A stretch of 64,000 nucleotides of DNA from Phoronis australis (GCA_002633005.1 NMRA01000320.1:448912-512911); one strand, 5' to 3'; shown: positions 49,701-63,572, counted from the first letter of the stretch. Notes: generated by a model from the letters alone, not told the origin. Translations and numbers: made by a program.

Positions 49701-52700
49701 ATGAATCGCTACAGTTGTAATGACTGAGTTTCTGTCTGTTGAATCTGAGTCAGGATCAAGCTGAAGTCACTTCAGGGCTCCTCCTACTCTAGAGAACGCC
49801 AATATAAGAATTTCTAACACAGATTGTACCAAGAGTCACCAGAATTTATTCTGTTCCCACTCAGTTTTAGCCCATTGTGATCAAAATTTTCAGACATTAA
49901 TTACCTTAGTGTGCAAGGGCTCATATTCAAGTTTCATTAACTTGTGCAATTCAAAGCATTAATACACAGTTTTAATACAGTATTAATATACAGTTCTAAT
50001 ACATAGTATTAATATAAAACATCAATACCGTGTATTAATACACAGTATTAGTACAGAGCATTAGTTATGCAGTATTAATACCCAGTTATAATACACAGTT
50101 ATAATATACAGTATTAATATACAGATTTAATACACAGTATTAATACCCAGTTATAATACACAGTTATAATATACAGTATTAATATACAGATTTAATATAC
50201 AGATTTAATACACAGTATTAATACCCAGTTATAATACACAGTTATAATATACAGTATTAATATACAGATTTAATACACAGTATTAATATACAGATTTAAT
50301 ACACAGTATTAATACATAGTATGAATATTACACAATTATAAAGTAACAAATACATGTCAATCTTCTTAAGCAATGTGAAGATGCCACACAACAATCTTTA
50401 TAAATAAAGCATTATAATTCTAGGAAACAGCTACTATGTTTGCCACTACATATTGCATAGTACTACTTTTCAATCACCTACATGGACTGACATCTCTGTA
50501 TCGGTTACGTTGTCTGTTCTCAGGGTTCCTGGCTTCTCGAGCGCTTAACAGGTTGAAGTCATGCTTTACAGTAGCCTCATTGCGTATTCTCTGCAAACAT
50601 AAACCAAGGACACGTCACATGAACCACACCCAACCAATGAAGCCTAAATTTGCAGCACACAGCCAAATCACAAAGAATCGGACATTATCGGAACTGTAGG
50701 TTGTGTTTCAGACATACTATAGCATCAAAGTGTCCCATGATAGTAATAAGCATGTTCTGATGTGTGCTAACAGTGACTAACACACAAACTAACAGCCTAT
50801 TTATCTCAAAATTATAATCCATAAAAAACCATCAACACAAAATCGTGCACTACGTAAACATGGCACAAGCATTTGACAGATAAGCAGGAATTGAATGAAT
50901 AGAAATTACACTTATATGTCAAGTTGTTTGAAAAATTGAAAAATTAAATGTGGTAAAAAACATCTTGAAACTGATCAGCATTTGCGGATTTCCCATAGTC
51001 ACTCACTAAAATTGAGCAACTGGTTTTACGGAATTTAGAACACTGAACACATCAAGGAGCTCATGGCATTTTTTTAAAATGAGATATGTAGCAAACTTAT
51101 ATGATGATGACAAACCATTTTCACACTTAGTCAGTATTACTTCATAACAACTCAATATCGAAGCTGTAGTTAACACGAATCACCCTTTTACTCCCATAAA
51201 ATCGGTCTCACGATTTCCCTTCCCACGATCACGGAAGTTTATTTTGATTATTTTACTGTAGATCATACCTATAGTATTCATCACCCAAGTAAAGAAGGGA
51301 GTACAGCGTACGCCACTGAAGACACGTGATGCACAGGAAGTCAAGCGAGGTTTGCAATATCACCACCAGGTGACATGCATGATTACCTGCTACTTGACCT
51401 CCATGTGAACAAGGAGCACCATAAAAAAGATCAATGTGACTTTCTTGATGTTTTGTTCAGTGATGAATCTCTTGTTCTCTAGACATGGTAATTGCAAAAA
51501 CAATTTGTTCTGGGTCTAAGAAGACCCTAACAAAGTGCTGAGAAGTGGCCAACACCAGCAGGATTTGTGCCTTTCGGAAGGAAAGAGTATGAGACAAGGC
51601 GATTAACAACTCAAGTTGTGGGTTTCAAGTTTGTCTGCAGTGACATCACTTACATTACACTCTCCGGTGGACAACTCTTTAGAGCTGAAGACTTTAAATA
51701 TCTATTTCTGTAATTGCTGACATGTCAGCTTCTCAAAAATAAAATTGCTTGTGGCTTTCTAGTAGGAGTACAGATTTGTTAGGTTGGATCTATTTTGAGA
51801 TATCCTGTATTAGCAAGGGTTCAATTTTCTTAGAAAATGGTGTTATATCCCGTGTAGTTTTGATGTTTTGCAAAGTACTAAAGGAAATGCCAGCACTTAT
51901 GTCCACCAAAAATGGTCTCCTAGCGATAATTCACATTACTGTCACTTTGAAAAATATGTGAAACAGAAAGTGAAAATGTCGAGAGTGAAAATGTCGAGAG
52001 TGAAAATATTCAGTATTTTTGGAAAACTTTAAATCAAATACTCTTTAAAAATTTAGTTTTTAACATGTGCTTTTGCCGCTTTGTACTGCAATGGACTACC
52101 CTCAGTTTCAATGTTAATTATCATAATAAGCGGATTATTTCATTAACCACATGGCGACGATCGTAATCGCTCTTATAAGCAGGTTACTTGCAGAATTCTT
52201 GCAACTTCGTAATTCAACCCTGGGCAAGACGATACTAGTGGGATTGTAGACGAGTTTACATGTAAATAAAGATGAGAACTTATCACATATCGAGTTAATG
52301 GGTGTGTTATGAATATTATTAGATTAGTCATGTGAAACTACATGAACGGTAATTTTTCACTTATTTCAAACAAAATAAATTAAATATTATATTTTCTTGA
52401 TAATCGAGGTTTGCCAAATCAACTAAGCCTATAGACTTGGTAGTTGACGGGTGTGCAAAATCATATGAGTATATACAAGAATCGTGTGCTGCCCAGTGTC
52501 CACGGGTGAATTTAACGAAATACAGACTACACGTCACCAATGCAGTCCCATTATCAGCAAAAGGACAGTCGCGAATTACACAGCGACACTTGAATCTCAC
52601 TGTATTTACCCACAATGCCGCAATATCCGCAAAGGACTTTTGTAGCCAATAGCTTTCCCGCCATTGGAGTTCCACTTTTTCTTTGTAGTTGTCTTCTTTA

Positions 52701-55700
52701 CAAGAGTTTCTGCACTACTATATTCACCCCTCCAATGCCAACCAAGTACTACAGCTATGCTGTGGGCTGCAACTCTAGCAAGAGCAAGTTGGATACACTT
52801 AAAGATCTGTGGATACGTGATGTTATGTTCTTCGCCTTCCCAACATTAATCAAAGACAAGAAAATGCGGACCCACTGGATAAAACAAGTTTGTCGGGTTA
52901 ATTTTCAACCAAACAGAATCCCCCCCTCTTGAAGATACCCTTTCAATTCCAGTACTTTTGAACGGTTGAAATTGCAAATATTTTCTCGGTCATACACCTC
53001 GACGGTTTCCGACATGACCTGTGAAAATGTAGCTGACACTCCAAAACGAAGCATGGCTGTTCTTACCTCATGGACAAAGGAGAGTTCTATCACTGCGTAA
53101 TTTGTGACGATCCCATTAAATTATTTCATCATGTTCTAATATAAGAGTACTTCACCCTATCATTGGTGAAACAGCCTAGCGGGCATATGACTCTGAGTGA
53201 TACAATCCTCATCCAGGTCACCCCTTTATCACAACAGCATGAGACATCCTATATTGAATAGATGAACTAAGCAATGAATATACAATGTTCAGACCTTATT
53301 AACATAGTTAAAAAGGTGTACATTACTAGAATTAATGACAGGGCTTTGCGTTGACATTTCCCAAAGAACAAAACTGACTGTGTGTGAATTAGTTGAGGCA
53401 AGACACTCCATCCAAGTAGCCTCGGGCGAAATATGTGAGGTGTGATATATTATTTTTCAAAACAGTCTCTGGTGCGCGAAATGAGGTGAGTGTAATAAAT
53501 ACATGGAGAATTAATGTAGTTTGAAATCATCTTTTTTGCTTCGTCAGAGAGTAAGACAGGAAGCGAATGATCTTTACCCCCAACACTAAGCTCTGATAGA
53601 AGGTACATGACAAAAGGTGAGAATGACTTTTTAATGACATCATTCCCAGAACACAACAATAAGTCAGGATGTCACTTTAAACAGGTTTAATGGAAGACAA
53701 TTCATTTTTGACATTTCATTATAAAAAACGGGATATTCTATTATCCAGTATGACAAAAGGAATCTTAGTTTGTGTTTTGTAATAGGAAATGGCCCAGTGC
53801 ATTGTAATCAGGGATCAGTGGCATAATTTGATATCTGATTACTGATATATGATACATAAACCCAACTGCAAATTGTTTTTTTATAACAACTGCTTGACCA
53901 TGAGAGGGGAAGGTGCCCACATTCATGTCTTTATTTCCTTCACTCAAAAACTAGAATTCTTTAGTATTTGGTATCTGTTAATAGCGGGCGACCAGTCGTA
54001 GCACCACCAAAGAGCTATAGGTTAAAGAACAAGCTACGGGACCACATAGGTGTAGACGAAAAATCTTGTCACTATGAAAAATGGCGGATACCACCGGAAG
54101 ATGTCATTACAATATTGCGTAGTAAACAAAAACATTATATACTTCCAAAAGTTCTCAAGCAGTGTGGTAGGCTAGCCAAGCAGAGGCGGTGAAAATAAAT
54201 CATCACTTGTGACAGTGGCCTGTAGGTCTCAAAGCAATGCATTGACCTTTTTGTCGCAGTTAGTCACAAAATTCAAACACAACTTTTGTGCGGCTGTAAC
54301 CATTAAGTAACCATCCTGAGCGGACTGAAAAATGGCTGTAAGATGAAAACACCTCACATCAAGACAACCAACCATTAAGACTGCAAAATTTCAAAAATCC
54401 AGCACAGGCAGTTGAAAATAAAATGGCCAGTACAGAGTGGGTAAATTGTCGACGCGTTAACTCGTCCATCAGAAAAGTCTATAGCTAAACTGATGCTGAG
54501 CATTCAATTTGCATATGCTTGACATAACAAATATCCTAAAGTATCATTGGCCGTATTAGCAAAATACCATAACACCCCGGATACAAGTCATAATAGACCT
54601 AATTCACGCGGCGGACATTAAAATCCAAAGCGAGGCTCACTGCGATAAACAAAGCGGAAGTTGACATTGCGTGAGTTAAATAGCCGGTCTTTCGAGTCCA
54701 ATCTGGATATTAAATTTTAACAATGTGTCGACAATTAACAATAGAGACGTAAAAAAATACATCAGAGAACAAGTTAAGGCACCAAAGGTTATCTGACGAA
54801 AGGGTTTAATTTTTTTCGGAAAACTTGGTTCGAAACATGAAAAGTAAATATGACCAAATTGCGGCAATCGCAGCGTAACGGATTAGGTATTACGCTGAAT
54901 GCAGGGTTATGTTTCTTCTTGTAAATTGTTGATCAAAATACTTTTTACACGAACCAGGTCATCTGCTCGTATTGTTGACGATTTGAAGATATATTCGACA
55001 GTGGTAGCTCATCGCATTTTGTTGTCATGTGCAATTAGTCACATCCGGTTTAATTTGTTGATCAAGAATATTAACATCAAGCATAGCTTAGGTCCTAGCG
55101 AGGTAGGGACTACCAGGACTGACAGTTGATTTATTATTGATCTGAAAGAATAATTGATGTTATTATGTATATTTTTTATTAAAATAAGGTTTGCGCTCAG
55201 TAATGCTAGGACCTACACTAGGACCCAGCTAAAATCTAGTCAAAGTCACGTGTTCTCATTTAAAATACACGGAAATATCTCACACAATCTCTCGAAGTCT
55301 TGTTTTTGGCGAGGTCCTAACGTCAATGAACTGAATGGGAGGCAGGTCACAAATGATGATGTGATGATTTACATAGCCCCAACATCTGACCAGGGCTCGA
55401 TACAATGAGCTGCAGGTCGCATTTGCGACCTGAATTTTGGAAATGCGAGTTGAGATTTTGCCAGCTCAAATCATGTCGCAAAATGCGACCTGGAATTTCC
55501 ATCGAATGCGAGCTGAGTTTTCACACTTCTCGGCAGATACCTGGCAAATATAAAGCAACTCGTGTGAATCCGACCGTTATTGGGTTGTTGCCAAATCAAG
55601 TTCAAAGTTCCGAGAATAGTGCTCCCGATGACTTGTCAACATGTCGCGTGAACGTGAGATAATGCAGAATCGATTTTAGATGCGTTTCATTGGCTAATAT

Positions 55701-58238
55701 TTTTGGCTACTTATGCAAATTTCTGGATGCACTGAAGAAAGTTTCGCACCACGGCATAACACGTGATAATATGTCACATAACAGCGGTGTTTCTACTAAC
55801 TCTTAAATGATTAACTTACAAAATTTTGTGGTGGAAAAGCATATTTATTTTTCACGTAAGATGCCCTTATTATCAAATATCCACAACAATATCCTTGATA
55901 TCTCACTGCGACACTGGTCCGTCTTGTTGCTAGCACGCAAGCGGACTCATGGCATACAATCGTTACTTGGAAATGTGTGTCTCAGCATCTTGTTTTTTTA
56001 TCGCAAAAGACTCCACACATGAAAATGACCACCCTATTAATCGCCAAAGGACAACCACGTCTACTACCGGCTGAGTAGTTTTTGAGTCGCCAAGAAATCC
56101 TCAAACCATTTAATTGTTTCTAGGTCTACGTACGCAACATACATGTATGAGTCGTCTGTCACATGTTGTTGCCAACGTAAAGTGCAGGCCTACTCCAGTG
56201 ATTGAAGTGCATGAACTCAAGCGAGCGAACCACTCCGCTGCACATCAAAAGCGAACAGTGACAGTCCTAAATGAAAGTGTATACCGGCTTGGCTCTGTTA
56301 AGCACCTGGGTGCCAATGGTTTATTTGACAATGAACTTAAAAGTTCCTGGTGGTTATAAAATAACCAATGTTTAACGATATTCCCTGGGACCGATGTAGC
56401 CCAAAACTGATATTTTCGTGTTCCGATGTTCCCCAGGTCGATGTTCACTAGGTCTGATGTTCTATGCCCATAGCCAGCTATTCACAACAAAATGGGGAAA
56501 AGCGAAATTATTCTTCTCTTCAGGCACCCCCTGCCAATTTTTCGCTCCCCGGACCACACAGTAAATTAATTTTCAGACTCAAATAGAAAGAATCTTGCTC
56601 CGGCTGAAGTGGGCCATTAAAACAAAATTATTGCGGGTTTCTAAAAAGGTACAGTGTAGGTGGCAAGTATAGCCAGAAAGTTTGCCTTGCAAAATCGTAT
56701 TATAATAACACTTCTTACTATTGCAGTCTTTCAATGTCATATTACCACTCCCAGGTTAACAACAATGCTCACGCATGTGCCTACTCCCTACCTTTGAAAT
56801 GTTTCATAATAAGCGCTCACTGCTCTACTAAGCGTTCTCCTCAACTTTTGAGAATTTCCAATTAAGCGCCCACACTTCAGGCTAGCGCCCGTCATAGCGC
56901 ACTACAAACGACCGTGCATGATTCGAAATTGACACGCAGCCTATACAGTGAGTCACCCTCATTTTACAACAAATTCAGTTTTCAAAAAACATATTTTCTC
57001 AATATGTAAAAACCAAGCCCTGGCTTTGTTTTATACCTCCGAAAGAAAGTTAACACTAGTGACATGAGTGTCGTTATGACTGACTTATGTTTCCCGTACC
57101 ATGGAAAGTATTGGGCAGCAAACTTGAATTACTCGATGGAAACCCGGACGGAGTTGGGAATTATTTCGAGGCTTTTCATTTCATGAAAAATTGTTGAGTA
57201 TGTAAACAGCATGAATACCACATTTTTGGGAAATTTGCACTGAACTGTTCCTGACCATCCGAATACATCACTCGGTTAAGACAACGGTTCACAGATTTTT
57301 TTTCGACAAGATGGTTTTCAAACGTCAAGTTGCAAAGTTTGGGCTCCGAACACAAAATGGAAGGAGTTTGCACTCGGAGTTAGTTTAGACCCTTAACGAC
57401 TTTGATGACAGTCATATAGCAGATCAGACCTAGGAAAATCACGGATACTTTTTCAAAGAGTATACCTTTTCACATTGCAAACTTAGCTACTCGAATACAA
57501 GCGTCGGTTAGAGAGCACTGATTCAACTTTCACATGGGCAACTAGTCTTGCACTCTAGAGCCTTTCAATGGCGGTCGTAAAGAATAGAACAGTACCGCTG
57601 CATGTAAGAACTCACTTCTTTAACCTGAAATTTGTGACTATATAACGTCGCAGGTAATTTTTTATCTAAACATTTTCTCGATGATCTAAAAAATCAATTT
57701 TGGCGCTGTTGTGATTTAATACACAGGTTCTCATGCAGCCTACTTTTACTCCTACGAAAGCTTGAATACACGCTTGAGATGAAGATCCACAGACGCAGAC
57801 GTCCTGCGTGCAGCAGGGCCACACGAAGAGAGAGCCCTCACGATTCCCCAGTCACGTGACAATACTAGAACTTACAACATCCGGCCACTGACGGAAACCC
57901 ACTGACGAACATGAACACACGAGACAACACGAAAGACAAGACCACACAAACCAACATTTACAACACCGCCTAAAAATGGCATTTATGAATGGGAGCTGGA
58001 TTTTTAAAATGCGACATGGGATTTTGGCTAGGTCGCAAAATGCGACCTGGCGATTTTGATAATGTCGAGCCCTGCTGACCCGTATGCGTTCAGCATTCAC
58101 AGACAATGAATTACCTAGGTGAGGTTATGTTGATAGAATTCACAGTTTCCATATCATAAGTTATGATTTCTCGTTTCTTACCTCATAAACAATGCCCCAG
58201 AGTGAGCGTGTCTCGAATTCTTTGAATTCCGCCTCCAT
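40533..58238 (-). CDS. PTPN1: Non-receptor protein tyrosine phosphatase, PTP1B/TC-PTP (PTPN1/PTPN2 co-ortholog), complete, 9 coding exons, about 422 aa
   Basis: Exons 58238-58182 ([13 protein letters not shown]), 50590-50482 (NRYRDVSP), 48999-48899 (YDHSRIKL..DYINAS..YILTQ), 48336-48238 ([15 protein letters not shown]), 47435-47286 (KCSQYFP), 46832-46623 ([20 protein letters not shown]), 45854-45690 (duplicate 44069-43905; [25 protein letters not shown]), 41591-41416 (PPPLPPR), 40734-40533 (basic coiled region plus hydrophobic tail [18 protein letters not shown]) sum to 1269 nt with phases consistent. The invertebrate gene is equally related to PTPN1 and PTPN2. Confidence 0.96.
41808..43540 (+). 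mobile_element. Non-autonomous Helentron/DINE-1-like element with an internal about 145-bp tandem array (about 440-bp three-unit higher-order repeat)
   Basis: Starts near taactagag; 11 diverged subunits each centred on a ccactagrkggc-like motif; ends with a (ggac)n microsatellite and AT-rich tail, the architecture known for DINE-1/HINE elements. Confidence 0.6.
42326..45891. repeat. Tandem near-identical duplication (42326-44106 / 44108-45891) joined by a single n; includes PTP exon 7
   Basis: Both copies run aaaacaggaaaaatggccac...gataatcagtcataa; n at 44107. Confidence 0.9.
46623..46832 (-). CDS. PTPN1: PTP1B/TC-PTP catalytic exon
   Basis: [13 protein letters not shown]...[21 protein letters not shown]. 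Confidence 0.97.
46958..47090. repeat. About 32-35-bp imperfect minisatellite, about 4 copies
   Basis: tatactgcagatattgctcaacaaaactatac units. Confidence 0.85.
49958..50335. repeat. AT-rich 13-bp-type tandem repeat
   Basis: taatacacagtat / taatatacagatt variants repeated more than 20 times. Confidence 0.9.
50482..50590 (-). CDS. PTPN1: PTP1B/TC-PTP exon 2
   Basis: [17 protein letters not shown] phosphotyrosine-recognition loop. Confidence 0.95.
52433..54480 (+). mobile_element. Degenerate THAP-domain DNA transposon, PIF/Harbinger-related (ISL2EU-like)
   Basis: THAP-like peptide from 52735: [14 protein letters not shown]...[28 protein letters not shown]; ends read at|agactt ... aagtct|at (AT flanks); faint decayed DDE-like traces at 53100-53450. 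Confidence 0.5.
55193..55343. mobile_element. About 150-bp MITE, copy 2 of 3
   Basis: Reverse-complement match to 9169-9316 (aaaatctagtcaaagtcacgtgttctc...gaagtcttgtttttggcgaggtcct). Confidence 0.7.
55391..58074. mobile_element. 2.7-kb degenerate hAT-like DNA transposon with a 5-bp TSD, in PTP intron 1
   Basis: TIRs cagggctcga / tcgagccctg; ctgac directly on both flanks; subterminal ggtcgca..tgcgacc palindromic motifs at both ends; no intact transposase ORF. Confidence 0.75.
58182..58238 (-). CDS. PTPN1: PTP1B/TC-PTP exon 1
   Basis: [19 protein letters not shown]|gtaaga, resembling the PTP1B N-terminus MEMEKEFEQID..W.AIYQ. Confidence 0.88.
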
Positions 58239-58399
58239 ATTTAGCCAGAATTAAGTCCAAAACGTTGATTCTCACATTCCTATCATGTCCCTAGTTGTGA
58301 GTAAAACAACCAGGAGGAAACAGCGAAACAGAAACTGGGTCAAGAAGAGATTTAACTAGTAACAAGTTGCATTTCCAAGATTTTCCAAATCGAAACACA

Positions 58400-58432
58400 C
58401 GAACCGGAAATACATACAACTAGCGGAAATTA
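58400..58432. promoter_or_regulatory. Putative PTP promoter ETS-like motifs
   Basis: accggaaat and gcggaaat about 165-190 nt upstream of the ATG; motif match only. Confidence 0.25.
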
Positions 58433-61321
58433 AAATGTGTGACCTCCAAATAATTAGACCGACACTCACAAAATTGAGTGAAAAAAACATGAATCATTTG
58501 CTATGACCCATAGGATAGATTTTATTTAACCAGCGAGCAAAATCTCACAAATTATATTATCGAGATGATTGATAACAGTTGAAATATTACACCAATATAT
58601 TGCGCTACCTATTGGTGATAATGTAAATCACCCCTCGCATTTTCATTCGGGGGGAAATGACTGGTCCAACTTAGTGACGCCTTGTTGCAGGCACTTAAGA
58701 GTATATTTATGAATCGTGGAAACCGCTCCTATTTTATGGATTTCCTTTACTCAGTGACGATAGAGTCACCAGCCCCCTTTGTGCCAGGATTTCCAATCAT
58801 CGGACCAACAGCTGATAGTTGGGGACCTAGCCGGTAGGCCTATCAGTGGTAACCCACTGTTCTGTCACAGCCACGAGTATAGTATGGTTCTGTAGCCTCA
58901 TATGGGGAGTGACTCACTGAAAATCATCAATTCCAACAAAATTAGACTAATTTTTCAATCCTTTTTGGAGCTCTTTTATACTTTTTTTAAACTTTCAAAG
59001 CTGTAAGTCTCCCTGTAAAGTTTGCCTAAAAGCTAAAATCAACTAGTTTTTGAAGATCTCAAAAGTCTTATTGTGATATAGGACTCTAGTTCAGAGGTCA
59101 TAGGCAATGTTTATATCCTCAGTTATCCAATTCGCATTTCAAGCGGTTGACCAACCCTAAAAGAGTTTTCTTGTGACTAAATTTTGTCGGTGAGGAAAGT
59201 AAAAGAGCAACTCCTCATTTTGGTTGCCAGTTTACCATGCTCAGCGGCTTGTACTCACTAACAGCCAAGGTGTGCGCTGTTCAAGGTAAAACTCTTGCCG
59301 TGCAAAAATCGATGTTGACAGCCATGCATGTTTTCTTCATTGCGATCAAGGTCATAATTTTCTCGGTCAGGTGACCTATATTTTGCATGCTGTAGGGGCA
59401 AAACTTTTGGAAATGTATTTACAATTTATTATTTACAGGTATACTGTTTCCAAAGATATACTTTATTTTATTAACGATCAAACAGTTACTCGGTTGAGCA
59501 CCAGCTCCATTACAGGAAACTGCCAGTGGGTCGCCGAATACTGAGTCCAGCCCCATTTTCGAAAAATATAAATTTCTTGGTAAAAAAATCTCTCAGAAAT
59601 TTATATCTAGTGAAATTTTTATTAGCAAATTTCAGGAAGTGTGGAGTGTGCCAGTTGGCGATTTCATTACCATTATAACAGAGCATTTTGCATTCAAAGT
59701 AATGAGCTCCGGCTAAAAAGCCGAACTTGTACCACGGCGTGGAGCAAGCCCTGGCGAACCCGGCCCTGGGGTAACTTCAGTCCAAAGATATCCAAATATT
59801 AGTTACATTACTTGTATGCATGAGAGCATAATTCGGAGGAAATGGTCACCGAATGAGGTCAGTATTTCTGAGAGCCCCGCCATAAACCAGTTTTCTAAAT
59901 CATCCCAAAATCGCCGTTCTGGAGATCCCAGCGAAAAAAATCACCTATTCGGAAAACAGAGAAGGCATTTTAAATTGACTTATCCGTTAAAATGCTACGT
60001 TCTGGTGTGTATACAATTTACTACTAAAAAGAAAAACAGTAAGAACTGATGAAAATGCGAAGTTTAAGGCACTGACGTACATAATAGGAATCGTGACTTA
60101 TGCGCATGCTCCTAGGCCTGTATGGGAAACACTTCAATGAAAATATTCTCCTAGCCTTAAGCTGTGTTTTAATCCTTCAGATATTTGTGTACTATAGAAC
60201 TCACATTGGCCTATTTAGGCCCATGCGTTAATAGTATACAGACGCATGAGCTGTGCTAGCTTCTTGCCGAGTGTACTTTCAGTGTGGGTCGGGTTTGAGT
60301 GAGCCAGTGAACCTATTTTACTAGTGCTTGAGCCGTGTTCATGGATCATGGGCAGGGCCACGTTCATGTGCCGTATTACTTCGCATTGCAGGAGGGATCC
60401 AATGTATTTTAAACGGGGTACTAGGATTAAGGATTTTTTCAGTTAAAAAAGGGGGTCCAAGTCAACAATTTGGAAATTCTAGGTTTGTTATCACTAAATC
60501 AAGGAAAAAAGAGCTTGGCTTCGTCCCTCGCCCGGCTTTATTTAGACTAATGATTTGGAGTTTTACTTTTGGATTCCTTGTGGTGCATTACAATTCAATG
60601 ACCCGCGAAGTTGGAACTGACAGGTAAATTCATCGTATAAAATCAGAAAATTTTTACCTCCACGACAGTTAGACTGTGCCAGAACGTAACGCTCCCAGTA
60701 CAGTCGGTGATGTCTTTGGGTTCAGATAAATTAATTCTATGTTTTAATTTGGCATCACCTATGAAAGACTACTTCAGAAGCGAAACTCATTTCAGCAGCA
60801 AATTAGCACAAATTCATTGGCGGAGAACTTGACCAGGGCCCATGGCAGTTAAATTTTACTCGCCGAGACTCTACTCGAAAAGTGTTAACAATTACTTCAT
60901 GTGAAAATGTCGATAACTCATACCGTGCCACCTGGTTGGTCAATTTTAGAAGTAGAGTTGCGAGAAAAGTTTGATGGTTACTCCGGACCCGTAAGTAACA
61001 GACGAATAGGACCCTCTTGACGCATGAACGCTGATGTTTGTCGAACGACTTGCGGAATGCAGCCCCGGTAAATGTTGGATGTGTTAACAAAAGGTGGCGC
61101 TCGTGCATTTTCTGCAAGGATCCTTGGCAGTGTAATAACCCTACAGCGACGCTAATGTAATCGTCTGGTGTCAAACGGAAATCAGCTGTTTGGGATCCTG
61201 TGACCGGTTGCATGAAACAGTCTTTTTGTGAATTTGTGTCTTTTATAGACTCACAAATGCACTATTTCTCTATCATTTTAACCTTGTTACGAGCTCCTCT
61301 TTGATTAATGACATTTTCTAA

Positions 61322-63040
61322 TCTATGTGGTGTCATCTCCTTAGAAGTCGACTTGAAATGGCCCGCCATTCTGCTCTACTCTTTGCCCTTCTTGTACATT
61401 CTTGCAGTGAAAGATTCGTCCAGTCCTTGATGTCGTCCAGCCACATTCTGCGTTGTCTACCTCTTACTCTCACCCCTTCCGTTTTTCCTTCCAGTATGTT
61501 CTTGCAGATGGTGTCATGCCTTTCAATGTGACCAAAGTATTTCAGTTTTCTTGTTTGGATTGTATTTAGGAGTGATGGTTTAATTTTGAGCAAGTTACAA
61601 ACATCTTTTTTGGTCTTTCTTTCTGTCCAGTTGATTTTTTCCATCCGTCTGAATGTCCACATTTCAAAGGCCTCTATTTTTTCTCCCGGTTTTTATTCAT
61701 TGTCCATGTCTCAGATCCGTAAAGCAGTACAGAATGTATATAGCATCTCACAAGTCTGGTTCTAAGAGTGAAGATGTTCTTTGATATTAGCACTCCTGTC
61801 ATAGAGATGAACCTTGATTTTGCCATTCCGATGCGCATCTTTATTTTTTCATCACTTCTGCCATCCTGTGTGACATGTTGACATAGGTATTTAAAATGCC
61901 CCCTTTCTCCAGTCTCTTTTCATTGATCTCTATGTTTGCCTTGAGACCATTCTTTTTGATATCACCATCACTTTTGTTTTCTTAATGTCATATCCAGTCC
62001 ATTTTTGCTGCTGCTTTTGTTAATGATGTTGACAAGTTGTTGTAGGTGCTTTTCATTATTGGCCATAAGGACTGTGTCATCTGCATATCTCAAATTATTT
62101 ATATTTCTGCCGCCAACAATGATACCCTTCAAATTGCTGCTCTCTCAGAATACGAATTCAGTGTAGATGTTAAAAAGATATGGTGACAAAACACAACCTT
62201 GTCTGACTCCTCTTTTGATTGACGTGTATGGAGAAAGCTCGTTCTGAATTCTGATGGCTGCTTTTTGGTGCCAGTACATGTTTGTTATAATTCTTATGTC
62301 TTTGCCATCAATACCGGTCTTTTCTAGGCATTCTATCATCTGCACATGGTGGACCCTGTCAAATGCCTTGGAATAGTCGATAAAACATGCCTACAAATAC
62401 AACTGGTTTCCTAGACTTTTAGTGCTATGGTGTTGAAGCAAAATATTCCTTCCCTCGTGTCATTCTCTGCTCTGAATCCAAATTGTTCTTCTCCGACTTC
62501 GTTGTTGATCTTACGTTTAATGCGCTCTAAGATGAATCTCAACAGTAGTTTGGTGACATGTGAAATGAGCCTTATTGTTCGAAAGTCTCCGAATTCGTTC
62601 GCCTTGGCTTTCTTTGGTAGTGTGATGTAAACGGATCTTGTTATAGTTCTTCTGGTATATGTCCTGGGTCGTATATTACATTGAATAAATCAGTTAGTGC
62701 CTTTAACATTTCGACTGTTATTCCGTCCTCACCCTGGGCTTTCCCTTATTTTGTCTTTTTAATTGCGTTTTCCACTTCTGCTTTTAATATTGGTGGACCA
62801 ATGTCGTTCTTTGATTTTGGCATTTGAGGTCTTTCATCTTCAAATAGTTCCGCGATGTACTCACTTCCACGATCTAAGACTTCCTCGTTGTCAAATAATA
62901 TGTCGCCTCTCTTGTTTTTAACGCAGTTACTTGAAGCAGTTGATTTGGATTTACCAGACATTTCCTTTACATCTTTATGCATCTGTTTTGAGTCGTTTTG
63001 CTCTCATGTTCTTTCTATGTTGTTGCATTTTGCTTTTAGC
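61322..63040 (-). mobile_element. 5'-truncated, frameshifted RTE-clade LINE (reverse transcriptase to 3' end)
   Basis: PPILKAEVENAIKK; FIDYSKAFDRVHH; GVRQGCVLSPYLFNIYTE; NNLRYADDTVL (about 62065-62100); LKYFGHIERHD..ILEGKTEG.RVRGRQRRMWLDDIKDWT..AKSRAEWR, the typical RTE C-terminus; several frameshifts. Confidence 0.93.
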
Positions 63041-63428
63041 TATATACTTTGTGAGATTTGTATTTACTAATATACCCACTCCATTCTGATGTTGCTCACC
63101 ACACCACCTATTTTCTAATGATATTACTTAAACTGAGCCCAGATTTCATTCAAAATAAATGGGGACTCAGTCCTTACATTGGGGGTGTTGCATGAAAAGA
63201 TCCCTAATTATTTTCGATAATATTGACAATTCAACTAAGAATTCACTCTCGATTTGCATCAAAGTCAAAAGTTGATTTAGCAATGAAACTAAAACAATAC
63301 AAGAAAGGACAATCGATGTTTTCACAAGTCTAAAAATATGCAGTAGATTTAGGGAACTTTGTTGAGTCCCTATTTGGGACTGTTTCATGCAACCGGGCAC
63401 TATGGTGGGTTCGGCTAAACCAGCCTTC

Positions 63429-63572
63429 CGTTCAGTAACGCTAAGACTTCACTAAAAAGCAAGACTTCGCGAGATTACGTGACATTGCCGTGTATTTTAA
63501 ATAAGAACACGTAACTTTGACTAGATTTTTGTTAGATCCTCGCGTAGGTCCTAGCGTTAGCGACGCACGCCA
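63429..63572. mobile_element. About 150-bp MITE, copy 3 of 3
   Basis: cgttcagtaacg...aaaaagcaagacttcgcgag...gcgtaggtcctagcgtt matches 9169-9316. Confidence 0.75.
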
